A stretch of DNA of 53,155 bases, from positions 1 through 53,155 of the IMG/VR virus record IMGVR_UViG_3300029266_002291. One strand, written 5' to 3'. The notes under the pieces are model-generated. The model made no database searches. It was not told the DNA's origin and was given only the letters and a program-made list of their open reading frames with translations. The translations under genes and the position numbers were made by a program. Source of the stretch: a virus. Lineage: Duplodnaviria > Caudoviricetes. This document shows, in pieces, positions 27,457-38,407 of the stretch (the stretch's first letter is position 1; the number at the start of each line of letters is the position of its first letter).

Positions 27457-27908
27457 CGTTACTGCAACGCTACGGAGCCGAGGTTGAGGTCGACCTCCAG
27501 ACGGTAGCCCAGCTTGACCTGGGCTACCTCTGGAGGGCTCGCAAATGGCGGAAGCTGTTGAACTTCATCGACAAGCTGCCCGCCAACTCGAAGACCAACG
27601 AGGCGATGGCCAACGACGCCGACTACGTTCGGGCGGTCCTCAAGAGCGGCACCAAGCTCAAGTCGTCGAACAACCCCGGCCTGTCCGTCTGGACGATCGA
27701 GGCCGCACTGCTGGCGCGCAACAACGATCTGCAGCAGCAGAACAACCTCCTGCTCCAGAAGATCAACTCCAAGGCCGGTGCGCAGGTGCCGCAGTTCGTC
27801 CCCGAGCCCCGGCCACTCACCGCCTTCGACGCCGTGCGCCAGGAGCGCAAGCTCGCGACTTACCATGATCTGACGTCTAAGCTGTTGGGCAGCCGCGCAG
27901 GGAAGTAG
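27100..27908 (+). CDS. Tail assembly chaperone -1 frameshift product (GT-like)
   Basis: GGGAAAC at 27435-27441; -1 frame open from 27438 (KRRRLLALLQRYGAEVEVDL...) through 27908. Confidence 0.85.
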
Positions 27909-27938
27909 CCCTCCGCACGATCCAGAAGGAGGACCGCG

Positions 27939-30900
27939 GTGCCCCCGCCATACTCGGCAGGATCCATTTTTCTGAGCGTGGTTCCATCGTTCAGGGGTGT
28001 CCCCGAGCAGATCCGCGAAGAGTTCCGCAAGATGGCCATTGACGCCGCGGACGCGCTCGACAAGCCGTTCGAGGATCGGGTCACCAAGAGCATCCCGAAG
28101 GCTGTCGAGAAGGCCGGGAAGGCCGCGGCGGAAGCGGCAGGCAAGGCAGGCGAGGAGTCCGGCAAGAAGTACGCCGGGAAGTTCGACGCCACCGTCAAGT
28201 CGGCCGTGGCCAGCCTCAACAAGAGCCTGCCGACGATCCAGCCGAAGATCGACGACAAGTCGATGAACGCTCAGCTGAAGGCGGTCGCCCGGAACCTGGC
28301 GGTGCTCACCGACTCCAAGAAGGAGATCGGGATGGAGCTGAACCCCGGCACCACCTTCGAGTTGCTGACAAAGATCGAGTCGGACCTCCGTGACATCCAG
28401 GACCGCGCCGGGAGCATGGACCTCCGCGTCAACGCCGCCGACATGATGGTGACGGTCGCCAAGGCTCGCGGAGAGCTGGAGTCGCTGAACGGGATCCAGA
28501 TTGAGCCGGAGCTGAAGCTCGACCGGCAGATGGGCGAGTTCGAGCGCACCCTGAAGAACGCCATCAAGGGCGCCACCGACCGGATCCCGCCTGTCACGCT
28601 CACGGCCGACTCCTCGGACGTCGAGAAGGAGATCAAGGACATCCGCCAGGAGCTGTTCGAGCTCGGCGACAAGGACATCGGCATCGACATCGACGCGGGC
28701 TCCGCGTTCCTGCGCCTCGGCCAGCTGCAGAGCCGCCTCCAGCTGGTGAGCGACGGCCGGTGGGGCATTGACATCAGCGTCGACGCCGCGGCAGCAGCAG
28801 CCCAGCTGGCTGGCGTGCTCGCCATGGTGGAGAAGCTCGACAACACCGAGGCCGAGATTGACATCGACGTCGACGGCAAGGCCGCCACTGCCGCGATGCG
28901 CGAGATCTCTCGCGAGGTGGGCGACGCCAGCCGACGCGCCGACGACGGCGCCAACTCCTTCCGCGCCTTCAACGCCCGCGTGCTCGGCATCGCCGCCATC
29001 GGGCCCGCCGTCATCCCCGTCCTGGGCATCCTCGCCGCCTCGATCGGCGGCCTCCTTCCGCTTCTCGCCGTCGGCGGTGCCGCAGCGGGTGTGTTCGCCC
29101 TTGGAGTGGTGGGCATCGGTGACGCGGTCGGAGCCATGGGTGACGCACAGAAGGACGCCGCCGCCGACTCGGCCGCCTACAACAAGGCCGTCACCGCCGC
29201 CACCGCTGGAGTCCGTGACGCCGAGCGCGGCCTGGCCGCGGCTCGGCGGGATGCTGGTGAGAGCGCGGAGCAGGCCAACCGCCGCGTCATGTCCGCCCTC
29301 CAGGGTGTTCAGGACGCCGAACGCGACCTGTCCGACGCGCAGCGAGATGCCCGGCAGGCCCAGGCCGACCTCACCGAGGCCCGCCGGGAGGCGGCCGACC
29401 AGGCCGAGAAGCTGGCCCTCCGCGGGCGCGACAACCTCCTCGACGCCCGCCAGGCGCAGCTCGACCTCAACGAGGCGCAGGCCGACTACGACGCGGCCCT
29501 GGCCGAAGGTGTGGCGGGCGACGCCCTGGAGCAGCTGTCCATCGACCTGGACCGCGCCCGGCTGCGCATGGATCAGGTAGCCGAGACCAACGGGGACATC
29601 GCCTTCGAGCAGCAGAAGTGGATCGACGGCGGGGTCGAGGGCTCTGACGTCGTCGTCGCCGCTCAGGAGCGCGTCGAGGAGGCCAACCGCCGGGTCGGTG
29701 ACCAGGAGCGCGCACTCGCCGAGGCCAACGTCGCCGTCGCCGAAGCCCGCGCCGAGCAGTCCCGCGCCGCGGTGGAGGCCAACGAGAGCATCCGCGACGC
29801 CCAGGAGCAGCTGGCCGAGGCGCAGCTGGCCTACACCGACGCCGTCACCCAGACTTCTACCGCGCAGGACAAGCTGGCCGAGTCCATGGCTGCCCTGTCG
29901 CCCGCGGGCCAGAGCTTCGCCGCCTACCTGTTCAGCCTCAAGCCGCTGCTCGACGAGTTCCGGGAGCGGGCGCAGGAAGGCCTACTCCCCGGCCTGCAAA
30001 CGTGGATGCAGGCGATCATCGGCACCTACGGCCCCCAGTTCCTCTCGATCGTCTCCGGCATGTCCGCCGCCATCGGCGGCATGTTCGCCTACTTCGGTGA
30101 GGTTCTTCAGCAGGAGCCGTTCCGCCAGTTCTTCGACATGGTCGAGCGCTCCGGGCCCGCCTTCATCGGGATCATGGGCGAGGTGCTCGGCAACCTCGGG
30201 CTCGGCGTGGCCAGCCTGATCGCCGCCATGGAGCCGCTCGGCTTCGTCTTCGGTCAGTGGCTCGTCGATGCGACCGCGGCCTTCGCCAACTGGGCGGACA
30301 ACCTCGCGGGCAGCGAGGGCCTCAAGGGCTTCATGGAGTTCGTCGAGCGGGTCGGCCCGAAGGTCGGCGAGTTCTTCGAGGCGCTCCTCGGAGCGATCAT
30401 CGCCATCGTCATCGCCCTGGCGCCGTTCGGCGAGGACTTGCTGGAAGGCTTCACCGCCTTCCTCAACTGGATCGCCGACATGGACACCGAGAAGCTCGGT
30501 GCCATCGTGATCGGCATCGTCGGACTCACCATCGCCTTCCAGACCATCGTCGGTCTCAACGCCCTGATCCAGGGCTTCGCCACAGTGGTCAGCCTGGCCA
30601 GCGTGGCGTTCGGTTCCGTGGCTGCCACGGCCCCCGCGGGTGCCGCAGGGCTCGTCGGGTGGAGCGGGGCGGCCACGGGCGCCACCGCCGCCTCCGGGGG
30701 GCTCCTGAGCGTCCTGGGGTCGATCGTCATCATCTCCGCCATCGTGGTCGTCGCGATCGGGCTGATCGGGCTGGCGCTCTACCTGCTCTGGCAGAACAGC
30801 GAGACCTTCCGCGACATCGTGACAGCCGTCTGGGATGCCGTCCAGTGGGCGGCCCAGCGTGTCGCGGACTTCTTCATGACCTACGTGTGGCCGATCATGC

Positions 30901-32948
30901 AGCAGGTCTGGGGCTTCATCGCCGAGACCGCTACCAGGGTCTGGAACGACGTGCTGAAGCCGATCTTCGATCTGTGGGTCGAAGTGTTCGGCTACGTCAT
31001 GAACTGGATGAAGTACGCCTGGGACATCGTCGGCAAGCCACTCTGGGACCTGATCGTCGACGTCGTCAAGACGGTGTGGGAGACCGTTCTTCAGCCGATC
31101 TTCGGGCTCATTGGCTTCGTCTTCGCCGACCTGTGGAGCACGATGACGGCGACCTGGAACGCCTGGGGGAAGCCCCTTTTCGACGGGATCATCGCAATCG
31201 TCTCCTGGTTGTGGCGCGAGGTCTTCGATCCGATCATGCGCCTCCTTCTCGAAGCCTTCAGCGGGTTCGTCTACGGCGTCGACCAAGCCTGGCAATTGCT
31301 CCTGAAGCCCGTCTTCGAGGCGTTCGGTGCAATCGTCGAAGGACTCGTCCTGATCTTCCAGGGGAGCTTCGATGGCGTCAAGATGATCTGGGACGCCCTG
31401 GTGGGCCTCTTCTTGAACCCGGTCCGCTTCGTCGTCGAGACCGTCCTGAACAAGGGCATCATCGCAGGCATCAACTGGATCGCCAGCAAGTTCGGAGCGG
31501 GCGAGCAGTGGATCGACCCCGTCCCCACCGGGTGGATCGGTGAGGCGCAGCAGTACCTCAGCTTCAACGACGCGCCCGGCCGCGCGACCGGTGGTCCGAT
31601 CCCCGGCAGCTCGCCTACGAAGACCGCGGACAACATCCCGATCTGGGCCACCGCCGGTGAGTTCATGCAGCCCGTCGACTCGGTGGAGTACTACGGCACC
31701 AACGTCATGGAGGCCATGCGCAAGCGGCTCATCCCCAAAGAAATGTTCCAGGGCCTGGCCAGTGGTGGCCTGGTGGCCCTCGGCCGCCGCCTGCAGCAGA
31801 TGGGCGGCAAGGTCAGCCGCCACTCCGCGTTCGACGGTGTGACGCCGACCAGCGGGCACGGCAAGACCTCGAAGCACTACACCGATGACGCCATCGACGT
31901 CAACACCCGGCCCGGCACCTCCGCGCTCGAGCAGCGCGAGCTGGCGCCCATGGCCGCCCTCGCACGGAGCCTCGGCTTCCGCACGATCTTCATGAGCGCC
32001 GGGCACTTCAACCACCTCCACGTCGACACCGGCAAGGGTGACAGCATCGGCCAGACGTCCGGCGAAACCGGCGCGTCGGACCCTGGCCTCCTGGAGTCCA
32101 GCTCCATCTGGGGCAAGATCGGCGACTTCGTCAGCGGGCCGGTCGACTTCCTGAAGGGCATCGCCACCAAGGCCGCCGAGGGACTCGCCGACAGCCCCCT
32201 GCTCGACATGCTGGTCAACATCCCGATGCGGATCGCCGAGAAGGCCGCTGGGTCACTCATGGATCTGCTGGGCAACATGACGAGCATCGTGGACACCACC
32301 CGCGGCGAGGAGGGCGAGTCCCTCAGTGTCACGGAGAACAAGGCTGCTGTCCGCGGCATCGCCGCACAGCGGAAGTGGGACTCCGGCGCCGAATGGACCG
32401 CCCTCGACAAACTCATCCAGAAGGAGTCCGGCTGGCGCAACGCCGCCCAGAACCCCACCTCCACCGCCTACGGCCTCTTCCAGTTCCTCAACAGCACCTG
32501 GGGGACCACCGGCTACGCCAAGACGTCGATCCCCTCGATCCAGGCGCAGGCCGGTCTGCAGTACATCGCCAACCGGTACGGCAGTCCCACCAAGGCGTGG
32601 GCGTTCCACCAGGCGAACAACTGGTACTCCGAGGGCGGAGAGGTCAAGGCCAACCAGCAGCAGGCCGACGGCTCGATCGTCCCCGACCTGCATGACCTGG
32701 GCGGCTGGATCCACCCCGGCCTGAATGTCATCATGAACCGCACGGGGCGGCCGGAGCCGGTCTTCAACCCCGAGCAGTTCGACAACATCCAGGCCCTCGC
32801 CGACGGCGGCCGTGGTGGGCCCATGATCGGCTCCCTGAGCCTGCCGATGGTCGCCGCGAACCCGCACGAGGCGGTCGACGAGGTCGTGCACCAGCTGCGC
32901 GTCTACAGTGACCAGGGCGGCGGACGCTACCGAGACCTGGGGGACTGA
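27939..32948 (+). CDS. Tape measure protein with C-terminal peptidase-like and lytic transglycosylase domains
   Basis: 1669 aa, helical, with Trp-spaced repeats; HYTDDAIDVN...HFNHLHVD; KESGW...AYGLFQF...YIANRYG. Confidence 0.92.
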   Translation: MPPPYSAGSIFLSVVPSFRGVPEQIREEFRKMAIDAADALDKPFEDRVTKSIPKAVEKAGKAAAEAAGKAGEESGKKYAGKFDATVKSAVASLNKSLPTIQPKIDDKSMNAQLKAVARNLAVLTDSKKEIGMELNPGTTFELLTKIESDLRDIQDRAGSMDLRVNAADMMVTVAKARGELESLNGIQIEPELKLDRQMGEFERTLKNAIKGATDRIPPVTLTADSSDVEKEIKDIRQELFELGDKDIGIDIDAGSAFLRLGQLQSRLQLVSDGRWGIDISVDAAAAAAQLAGVLAMVEKLDNTEAEIDIDVDGKAATAAMREISREVGDASRRADDGANSFRAFNARVLGIAAIGPAVIPVLGILAASIGGLLPLLAVGGAAAGVFALGVVGIGDAVGAMGDAQKDAAADSAAYNKAVTAATAGVRDAERGLAAARRDAGESAEQANRRVMSALQGVQDAERDLSDAQRDARQAQADLTEARREAADQAEKLALRGRDNLLDARQAQLDLNEAQADYDAALAEGVAGDALEQLSIDLDRARLRMDQVAETNGDIAFEQQKWIDGGVEGSDVVVAAQERVEEANRRVGDQERALAEANVAVAEARAEQSRAAVEANESIRDAQEQLAEAQLAYTDAVTQTSTAQDKLAESMAALSPAGQSFAAYLFSLKPLLDEFRERAQEGLLPGLQTWMQAIIGTYGPQFLSIVSGMSAAIGGMFAYFGEVLQQEPFRQFFDMVERSGPAFIGIMGEVLGNLGLGVASLIAAMEPLGFVFGQWLVDATAAFANWADNLAGSEGLKGFMEFVERVGPKVGEFFEALLGAIIAIVIALAPFGEDLLEGFTAFLNWIADMDTEKLGAIVIGIVGLTIAFQTIVGLNALIQGFATVVSLASVAFGSVAATAPAGAAGLVGWSGAATGATAASGGLLSVLGSIVIISAIVVVAIGLIGLALYLLWQNSETFRDIVTAVWDAVQWAAQRVADFFMTYVWPIMQQVWGFIAETATRVWNDVLKPIFDLWVEVFGYVMNWMKYAWDIVGKPLWDLIVDVVKTVWETVLQPIFGLIGFVFADLWSTMTATWNAWGKPLFDGIIAIVSWLWREVFDPIMRLLLEAFSGFVYGVDQAWQLLLKPVFEAFGAIVEGLVLIFQGSFDGVKMIWDALVGLFLNPVRFVVETVLNKGIIAGINWIASKFGAGEQWIDPVPTGWIGEAQQYLSFNDAPGRATGGPIPGSSPTKTADNIPIWATAGEFMQPVDSVEYYGTNVMEAMRKRLIPKEMFQGLASGGLVALGRRLQQMGGKVSRHSAFDGVTPTSGHGKTSKHYTDDAIDVNTRPGTSALEQRELAPMAALARSLGFRTIFMSAGHFNHLHVDTGKGDSIGQTSGETGASDPGLLESSSIWGKIGDFVSGPVDFLKGIATKAAEGLADSPLLDMLVNIPMRIAEKAAGSLMDLLGNMTSIVDTTRGEEGESLSVTENKAAVRGIAAQRKWDSGAEWTALDKLIQKESGWRNAAQNPTSTAYGLFQFLNSTWGTTGYAKTSIPSIQAQAGLQYIANRYGSPTKAWAFHQANNWYSEGGEVKANQQQADGSIVPDLHDLGGWIHPGLNVIMNRTGRPEPVFNPEQFDNIQALADGGRGGPMIGSLSLPMVAANPHEAVDEVVHQLRVYSDQGGGRYRDLGD

Positions 32949-33886
32949 TGGCCGAGCTCAGCGAAAAGCAGTTCGAACTCAAGGGCGTCGTCTTCGGCTG
33001 GGGCTGCCCCGTCGACGTCCATCAGGGCGGCTGGAACCCCGGCGGCAAGAACACGCGCAACCGCGACGTCGAGCACCCCACCCGCGACGGCATGCGCCCC
33101 GGCAAAGACCTGGCGGGCCCGCAGACCCACGCCTTCAGCCTGTTCGCCAACCAGGAGAACGAGCACGACGCCTGGGCGACCGTGGAGGCGCTCCAGTACG
33201 CCTGGGACGCCGACGAGGAGCGCAAGAAAGCCGGAGAGGTGCTGCCACTGCGCTACTGCATCGCCGGGCAGACTCGTCGGGTCTATGGGCGCCCGCGGCG
33301 CTGGACCCCCTCTTCTACTGAGACTGGTGTCACTGGTCGCATCGACATCGAAGCCGACTTCGTCACCGTCGACCAGATCGTCTACGAGGACGAGCTGCAG
33401 TTCGAGACCTTCCCGATTGCGATCCCGACCGACACTACCGCCGGTGTCGTGGCCCCGCTCGTACCGCCCTTCAGTAGCGCCGCCGGATCCTCCACCACGA
33501 TCTACAGCATCACCGTGGGAGGCACCCGCCCCACACCGGTGTGGATCACCTTCAAGTCGCCGTACGGACTGGCAGGGGCCAGCGTTCGTGTGACCGAGAG
33601 GAGTAAGCCAGTCGGAGCTCCGGCGGACTACAGGCTGACCGACTGGACGGCAGCGCTGCGCGACCCACTCGGCGTCAGCGACGAAGTCACGATTGACGCG
33701 CGCCCCTGGATCACTGCAGCCACCCGGTCGGACGGTAGCGGCGTCCGAGTGTCGCCACGGGTCACGCGGATCCACGAGCTGTGGCTGCCACCCGGTGGGC
33801 ACAGCGTAGCCTTCACCGGCAACGACCCCACGGGCACCGCCACGGCCACGGTAAGCTGGCGGAACGCACGCCGCTCCCCACGATAG
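32948..33886 (+). CDS. Minor tail protein (distal tail, Dit-like)
   Basis: Follows the tape measure gene; RRVYGRPRR, LWLPPGGH. Confidence 0.75.
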   Translation: MAELSEKQFELKGVVFGWGCPVDVHQGGWNPGGKNTRNRDVEHPTRDGMRPGKDLAGPQTHAFSLFANQENEHDAWATVEALQYAWDADEERKKAGEVLPLRYCIAGQTRRVYGRPRRWTPSSTETGVTGRIDIEADFVTVDQIVYEDELQFETFPIAIPTDTTAGVVAPLVPPFSSAAGSSTTIYSITVGGTRPTPVWITFKSPYGLAGASVRVTERSKPVGAPADYRLTDWTAALRDPLGVSDEVTIDARPWITAATRSDGSGVRVSPRVTRIHELWLPPGGHSVAFTGNDPTGTATATVSWRNARRSPR

Positions 33887-33895
33887 GACACCCTG

Positions 33896-34888
33896 ATGGC
33901 AGACGTGATCGGCTTCGACCCGGTGGCCTACTCGATCGACGGTGGACTCCATCCCGGTTTGCTGCTGCGCACGGCGCAGTACGCGGCCACGGGTGGGGCC
34001 GAGGGGGTCGTGTCGGCCCAGGACTGCCGAGTCCACCAGCTGGCCACGCCGGGTCGGGGGATCGCAATCGACCCTGGGGCCATCAACATCCGCAACGAGT
34101 CGGGCACCTCCCGCAACCAGACCTACGTCGCGAACGCCAGCGAGCTCACCACCCTCGATGGACCCACCAGCACGACGGTCAAGCGCAGCTACGTGGTACT
34201 GGTCCGCATCGAGGATCCCGAGTTCGGGTGGCCGCAGCCGAACGAGACGGATGCTCTCGATCACCAGTACACCAAGCCGATCTTCCACGGTCCGGTGCCG
34301 GAGTCGACGACTCACGCCAGTCAGCTGAACCTCGACTACTCCGCCTACGCCCTGGCTCGCATCGACATCCCGGCGAACACCACCACGATCACCGACGCCA
34401 TGATCACCGACCTCCGCGAAGTGGCCAACCCTCTCCGTAGGCCGAAGCTCACCGCCGTCAGCCTGACCAGCGCGACCGCCGACCACGCCGTCAACCAGGA
34501 CAGCTGGCAGAACTGGCCCTCGGCGGCGGCCCCATTCAAGGTGCCGAACTGGGCCACGGAGATGATCATACGCGTCAGGGTGAGCGGCATCTGGACCGAC
34601 ACCGGCGCCGTCGGGGCATCCCTGCGCGCCGTCTACAGCCCGTTCAACGGCGCGATCGTGGCTGCCACCGCGACCACTCCGGTGATCGAGACGACGGCCA
34701 GCGCGCAGCGGCGGCAGTACCAGATCGACGACCAGATCCCACTCCCCGCCAGCGTGCGAGGCACCACCCAGTACATCTACACGCAGGGCGCGAAGTTCCC
34801 CGGCACCGCCGGGGGCAGTGGTCGGCTGATCGCGGGTAACGGTACGCGAGTCGTCTACGACATCGAGTTCCTGCAGACGGCGGACTGA
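33896..34888 (+). CDS. Minor tail protein
   Basis: LARIDIPANTTTITDAMITDLREVANP motif. Confidence 0.8.
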   Translation: MADVIGFDPVAYSIDGGLHPGLLLRTAQYAATGGAEGVVSAQDCRVHQLATPGRGIAIDPGAINIRNESGTSRNQTYVANASELTTLDGPTSTTVKRSYVVLVRIEDPEFGWPQPNETDALDHQYTKPIFHGPVPESTTHASQLNLDYSAYALARIDIPANTTTITDAMITDLREVANPLRRPKLTAVSLTSATADHAVNQDSWQNWPSAAAPFKVPNWATEMIIRVRVSGIWTDTGAVGASLRAVYSPFNGAIVAATATTPVIETTASAQRRQYQIDDQIPLPASVRGTTQYIYTQGAKFPGTAGGSGRLIAGNGTRVVYDIEFLQTAD

Positions 34889-34889
34889 G

Positions 34890-36011
34890 ATGGCCTCCGG
34901 CGACTGGCAGTACATGGCCGCCCGAATGACCGGCGACGGCTACTTCGACATCCTCGAGACCGAGCTACCGATCACCATCGACTCGATCGACCGGTCACTG
35001 TCCGCGCCCTCCTCGATGGGCGGCGTCATCACCAACGAGGTCGAGCGACTGAAGATCGGTGGCCGCCTCCTGCTCGAACCCTGGAACACCGTCATCATCG
35101 CCGTCGCCTCCGGCTACATCCGCGGCATGACCATCTACCGGCGTCCGACTTTCAACGGTCCCACCTGGGCCCTCGACCAGATCGGTCTCAGTGGCTACCC
35201 GCTCAAGCAGATCTACGACGGCGAGAAGGTCTACATCGACACCGACCCGCTCGACATCGTCCGCGAGGTCTGGAACCACCTGCAGTCTCAGCCCGGTGGC
35301 AACCTCGGTGTCACCATCGACCAGCTGGCGAGCCCGATCCGTGTCGGCAAGCCAGCCGAGCAGGTCGAGTTCACCACCGGCGCGGGTGAGAACGTCAGCT
35401 TCGAGGCGGGTCCGCGCAAGCTGAACTGGTGGCAGACCACCGACTGCATGAAGGTCGTCAACGACTACTCCAAGGAGACGCCGTTCGACTGGCGCGAGGA
35501 TCTCTCCTGGAACGGCGACCAGCCGCACTGTCACATCGCCATGGGCTACCCCACCATCGGTGGGCGACGGACCGACCTCAACGGCTTCATCCTCGGACAG
35601 AACCTCTCCACCGAACCGGCCGCCGCGGGTGGCGAGTACGCCAACCAGCTGCACGTACTGGGCGCCGGTGAGGGGCGCGATCGCGTCCGGGGGTTTGCTC
35701 GCCGCACCGACGGTCGTATCCGTCGCGCGGAGGCCATCGAGGACGACAGCCTGGAGTCCATCCGGGCCGCCAACGTCGCCGCCGAGACCGGCCTCGCCGT
35801 CCGCCGCGGTGAGCTGACCGTCGACAACATCACGGTCTACGACCACCCGAATGCACCACTGGAGGCGATCGAGCTGGGCAACAGCTACAAGCTGTTCGCC
35901 GTGACCGAGCACTTCGAGGTCGACACCTACGTCCGCGTCGTCGCCCGGTCCGATGCGCCCGGCCAGTCGGACCACGCTACGCTGACGGTCGTGCGGGAAG
36001 AGCTGCGATGA
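34890..36011 (+). CDS. Minor tail protein (baseplate hub-like)
   Basis: DPLDIVREVWNHLQSQPGGNLG, GAGEG; synteny. Confidence 0.75.
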   Translation: MASGDWQYMAARMTGDGYFDILETELPITIDSIDRSLSAPSSMGGVITNEVERLKIGGRLLLEPWNTVIIAVASGYIRGMTIYRRPTFNGPTWALDQIGLSGYPLKQIYDGEKVYIDTDPLDIVREVWNHLQSQPGGNLGVTIDQLASPIRVGKPAEQVEFTTGAGENVSFEAGPRKLNWWQTTDCMKVVNDYSKETPFDWREDLSWNGDQPHCHIAMGYPTIGGRRTDLNGFILGQNLSTEPAAAGGEYANQLHVLGAGEGRDRVRGFARRTDGRIRRAEAIEDDSLESIRAANVAAETGLAVRRGELTVDNITVYDHPNAPLEAIELGNSYKLFAVTEHFEVDTYVRVVARSDAPGQSDHATLTVVREELR

Positions 36012-38398
36012 CCAACAGCTACGAGGAGCTGGCCAGGCGAGTCGTGCGCCTCGAGCGCCGCTTGTCGAACTCCACGCCCCAGCTGACTCACTCCACCATC
36101 GAAGGTGGCGCCCTGCCGGTGCGTGCCGAGGGTGGGCAGCTGACGGCGATCATCGGCCAGCAGTACGATGGCACGTACGGAGCCTTCACCGTCGCCGGGC
36201 CCACTCCACCGACTCCCGACGGCCCGATCGTCGAGTCGACCGTGCCCGGTGCCACCGTGACGATCCCCGGCACCTGGGAGCCGCTGCCGCCGCCCATGCC
36301 CGGTATGGCAGCCACTCCCCAGGTCGCGCCGATGGACTTCCTGCTGTACGAGGTGCACGCCGCCCCGACGCCAGACTTCTCGGCGCTCCTCTTCTCGACC
36401 CTGAAGGGCGAGGTGAAGAACGCTCGCGGTGGCGACTGCAACGTGGCCTTGCCGCCTGACACGGACTACTGGTTCCGTGTCGTCGCCCGCACGCAGTCCG
36501 GCAGGGCCAGTGCACCGAGCGCGGTGGTGGGCCCGGTGCGCGCCCGCAAGATCGTGCAGAACGAGCTGGACATCGACTTCACCCAGTTCGGCGGGGCCAA
36601 CCTCTTCTACGGCCCCACCGACCCTCGGGAAGACCCGCAGGCATCCGTGGGCACGGGCGACCTGTGGTACGCCGAGGTGGGCGCCACGGACGGCGGCACG
36701 AGGCTCTACGAGTCGCGGCGGTGGGACGGCGACACCTGGGAGCCTCTGGCTGACCAGAGCGCCAGTCAGGCCCTCGCTTCCGCGATCGGCGCGGCTGCCC
36801 TGGCGGGCAGCAAGACGCGCTGGGTCACCGCCGCGGTCGCCCCCACGCCGACGGCGGCCGAGGATGCGGAGCCGGACCTCCTGTGGTGGACCGACACTGC
36901 CAACGACAACGTCATCAAGTCCTGGCGCAGCCCCGACTGGCACGAGCAGCGGCTGGGTAACGGCGCCATCCAGCCGGGGTCGTTGGTGCTGTCCGAGCTC
37001 GCCGTTACGGGCTCGGTGACGGCCTCCCTTCTCGAAGCCCTCATGATCTTGACCAACATGCAGGTCATCGGGAACCCGCTGGGGAATCGGATCACGATCA
37101 GCGGGGTCGAGGACGAAACCTTCGGCATCCAGCAGGTGGTGGATGGCCGCGTCACCTTCCAGCTTTCCCCGGACGGCTCGACATTCTTCGCCGGGGTCCT
37201 CTCCGGCCGCTCGAACAACTACAGCGAGGCCAGCACCGGCTGGATGATCGACGCCGAGGGGGACGCCGCTTTCCAGTCCCTGCAGGTCTTCGACAGCCTC
37301 ACCACGAACAGCCTGAGCGTCTCGTCGCTCTCCGTGGGCGGAACCCCCCTCGCCGACCTGCTGGCCCAGGCTCGTCCTCGCCTGGCTGGCCGCGGCGAGA
37401 ACGACACGATCAAGCTGTCCGGGGTGACTTCGGAGACCGGCGTCGCCGAGCTGGGCTTCACCGCCTACCCCGGCGAAGAGTACGAGATCAACGTCAACGG
37501 GCCCGAGTACCTCACCACGACGACGGGGACCAGGGTCGGCTTCTACATGCGCGCCACCCTGGACGGCTCGGCTCCGTCGGTGAACTCGCTGCTGATCAAG
37601 AACTTTGGTCAGTACCCTGGCGACCCGGCGACGGCCCGGATGTTCGAGCCGATGCCGTTCTTGTGGAACCCTGGCGTCACGACCCCGACCACCTGCCGTA
37701 TCCTGCTAACCGTCTTCAAGACCGGGAGCAGCACGGATGACGGCACGATCTCCGTCAGTGCCGAAGGGACCATCCGGCGCATCCAGATGTACGCCCGCCC
37801 AGCCGGGCAGGGCTTGCCAAACTCACTCCGTGTGAACCATTCCACGGCCGTCGCCCCGCCCCCGCCGCCCCCGCCGCCGGTCCAGTACTACTCCGACATC
37901 TACTTCTCCACCTGGACCGCCAGCTACCAGGAGAACGGCAACAAGCGGATCTCCGGCGGCGACATGTATCAGGGCTACTACGAGAACTTCAACGGTAGCC
38001 AAGGGTCGATGATCGGCTTCGACCTGACGACCATCCGCAACCGACTGGCGGGTGCCACGATCAAGTGGGCCACTCTACACATCCTGAACCGACACACCTA
38101 CAACGGCACCGGGGCAACCATCCTCATCGGCACTCACGGCGCCAACGGCGAGGCGACCAACTGGAACTTGGCCCCGGCGATGAACCCGCGACGTCGCGCG
38201 GCTAACATCTCCAAGGGCGGGTGGCTGGAGATGGACGTGACCGACATGGTGACCGACATCCGCAACAACCAGCAGTCCGGGTTCACCATTGGCTACCCGC
38301 CGCCCACGGACCTCTACAACAAGGGCTACTACGGCTATTGGTTCGGCCAGAACGCCGGGATCGACCGCCCTCACTTCAAGGTTGGTTATGACAAGTAG
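36008..38398 (+). CDS. Minor tail / tail fibre protein
   Basis: FN3-like segment, beta-rich regions, poly-Pro hinge before a C-terminal domain. Confidence 0.75.
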   Translation: MTNSYEELARRVVRLERRLSNSTPQLTHSTIEGGALPVRAEGGQLTAIIGQQYDGTYGAFTVAGPTPPTPDGPIVESTVPGATVTIPGTWEPLPPPMPGMAATPQVAPMDFLLYEVHAAPTPDFSALLFSTLKGEVKNARGGDCNVALPPDTDYWFRVVARTQSGRASAPSAVVGPVRARKIVQNELDIDFTQFGGANLFYGPTDPREDPQASVGTGDLWYAEVGATDGGTRLYESRRWDGDTWEPLADQSASQALASAIGAAALAGSKTRWVTAAVAPTPTAAEDAEPDLLWWTDTANDNVIKSWRSPDWHEQRLGNGAIQPGSLVLSELAVTGSVTASLLEALMILTNMQVIGNPLGNRITISGVEDETFGIQQVVDGRVTFQLSPDGSTFFAGVLSGRSNNYSEASTGWMIDAEGDAAFQSLQVFDSLTTNSLSVSSLSVGGTPLADLLAQARPRLAGRGENDTIKLSGVTSETGVAELGFTAYPGEEYEINVNGPEYLTTTTGTRVGFYMRATLDGSAPSVNSLLIKNFGQYPGDPATARMFEPMPFLWNPGVTTPTTCRILLTVFKTGSSTDDGTISVSAEGTIRRIQMYARPAGQGLPNSLRVNHSTAVAPPPPPPPPVQYYSDIYFSTWTASYQENGNKRISGGDMYQGYYENFNGSQGSMIGFDLTTIRNRLAGATIKWATLHILNRHTYNGTGATILIGTHGANGEATNWNLAPAMNPRRRAANISKGGWLEMDVTDMVTDIRNNQQSGFTIGYPPPTDLYNKGYYGYWFGQNAGIDRPHFKVGYDK

Positions 38399-38407
38399 AG
38401 GAAGGGC

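Noticed and set aside
37852-37880. Poly-Pro (CCG/CCC) tract as a phase-variable repeat
   Set aside because: Mixed codons in frame; best explained as a hinge in the tail fibre.
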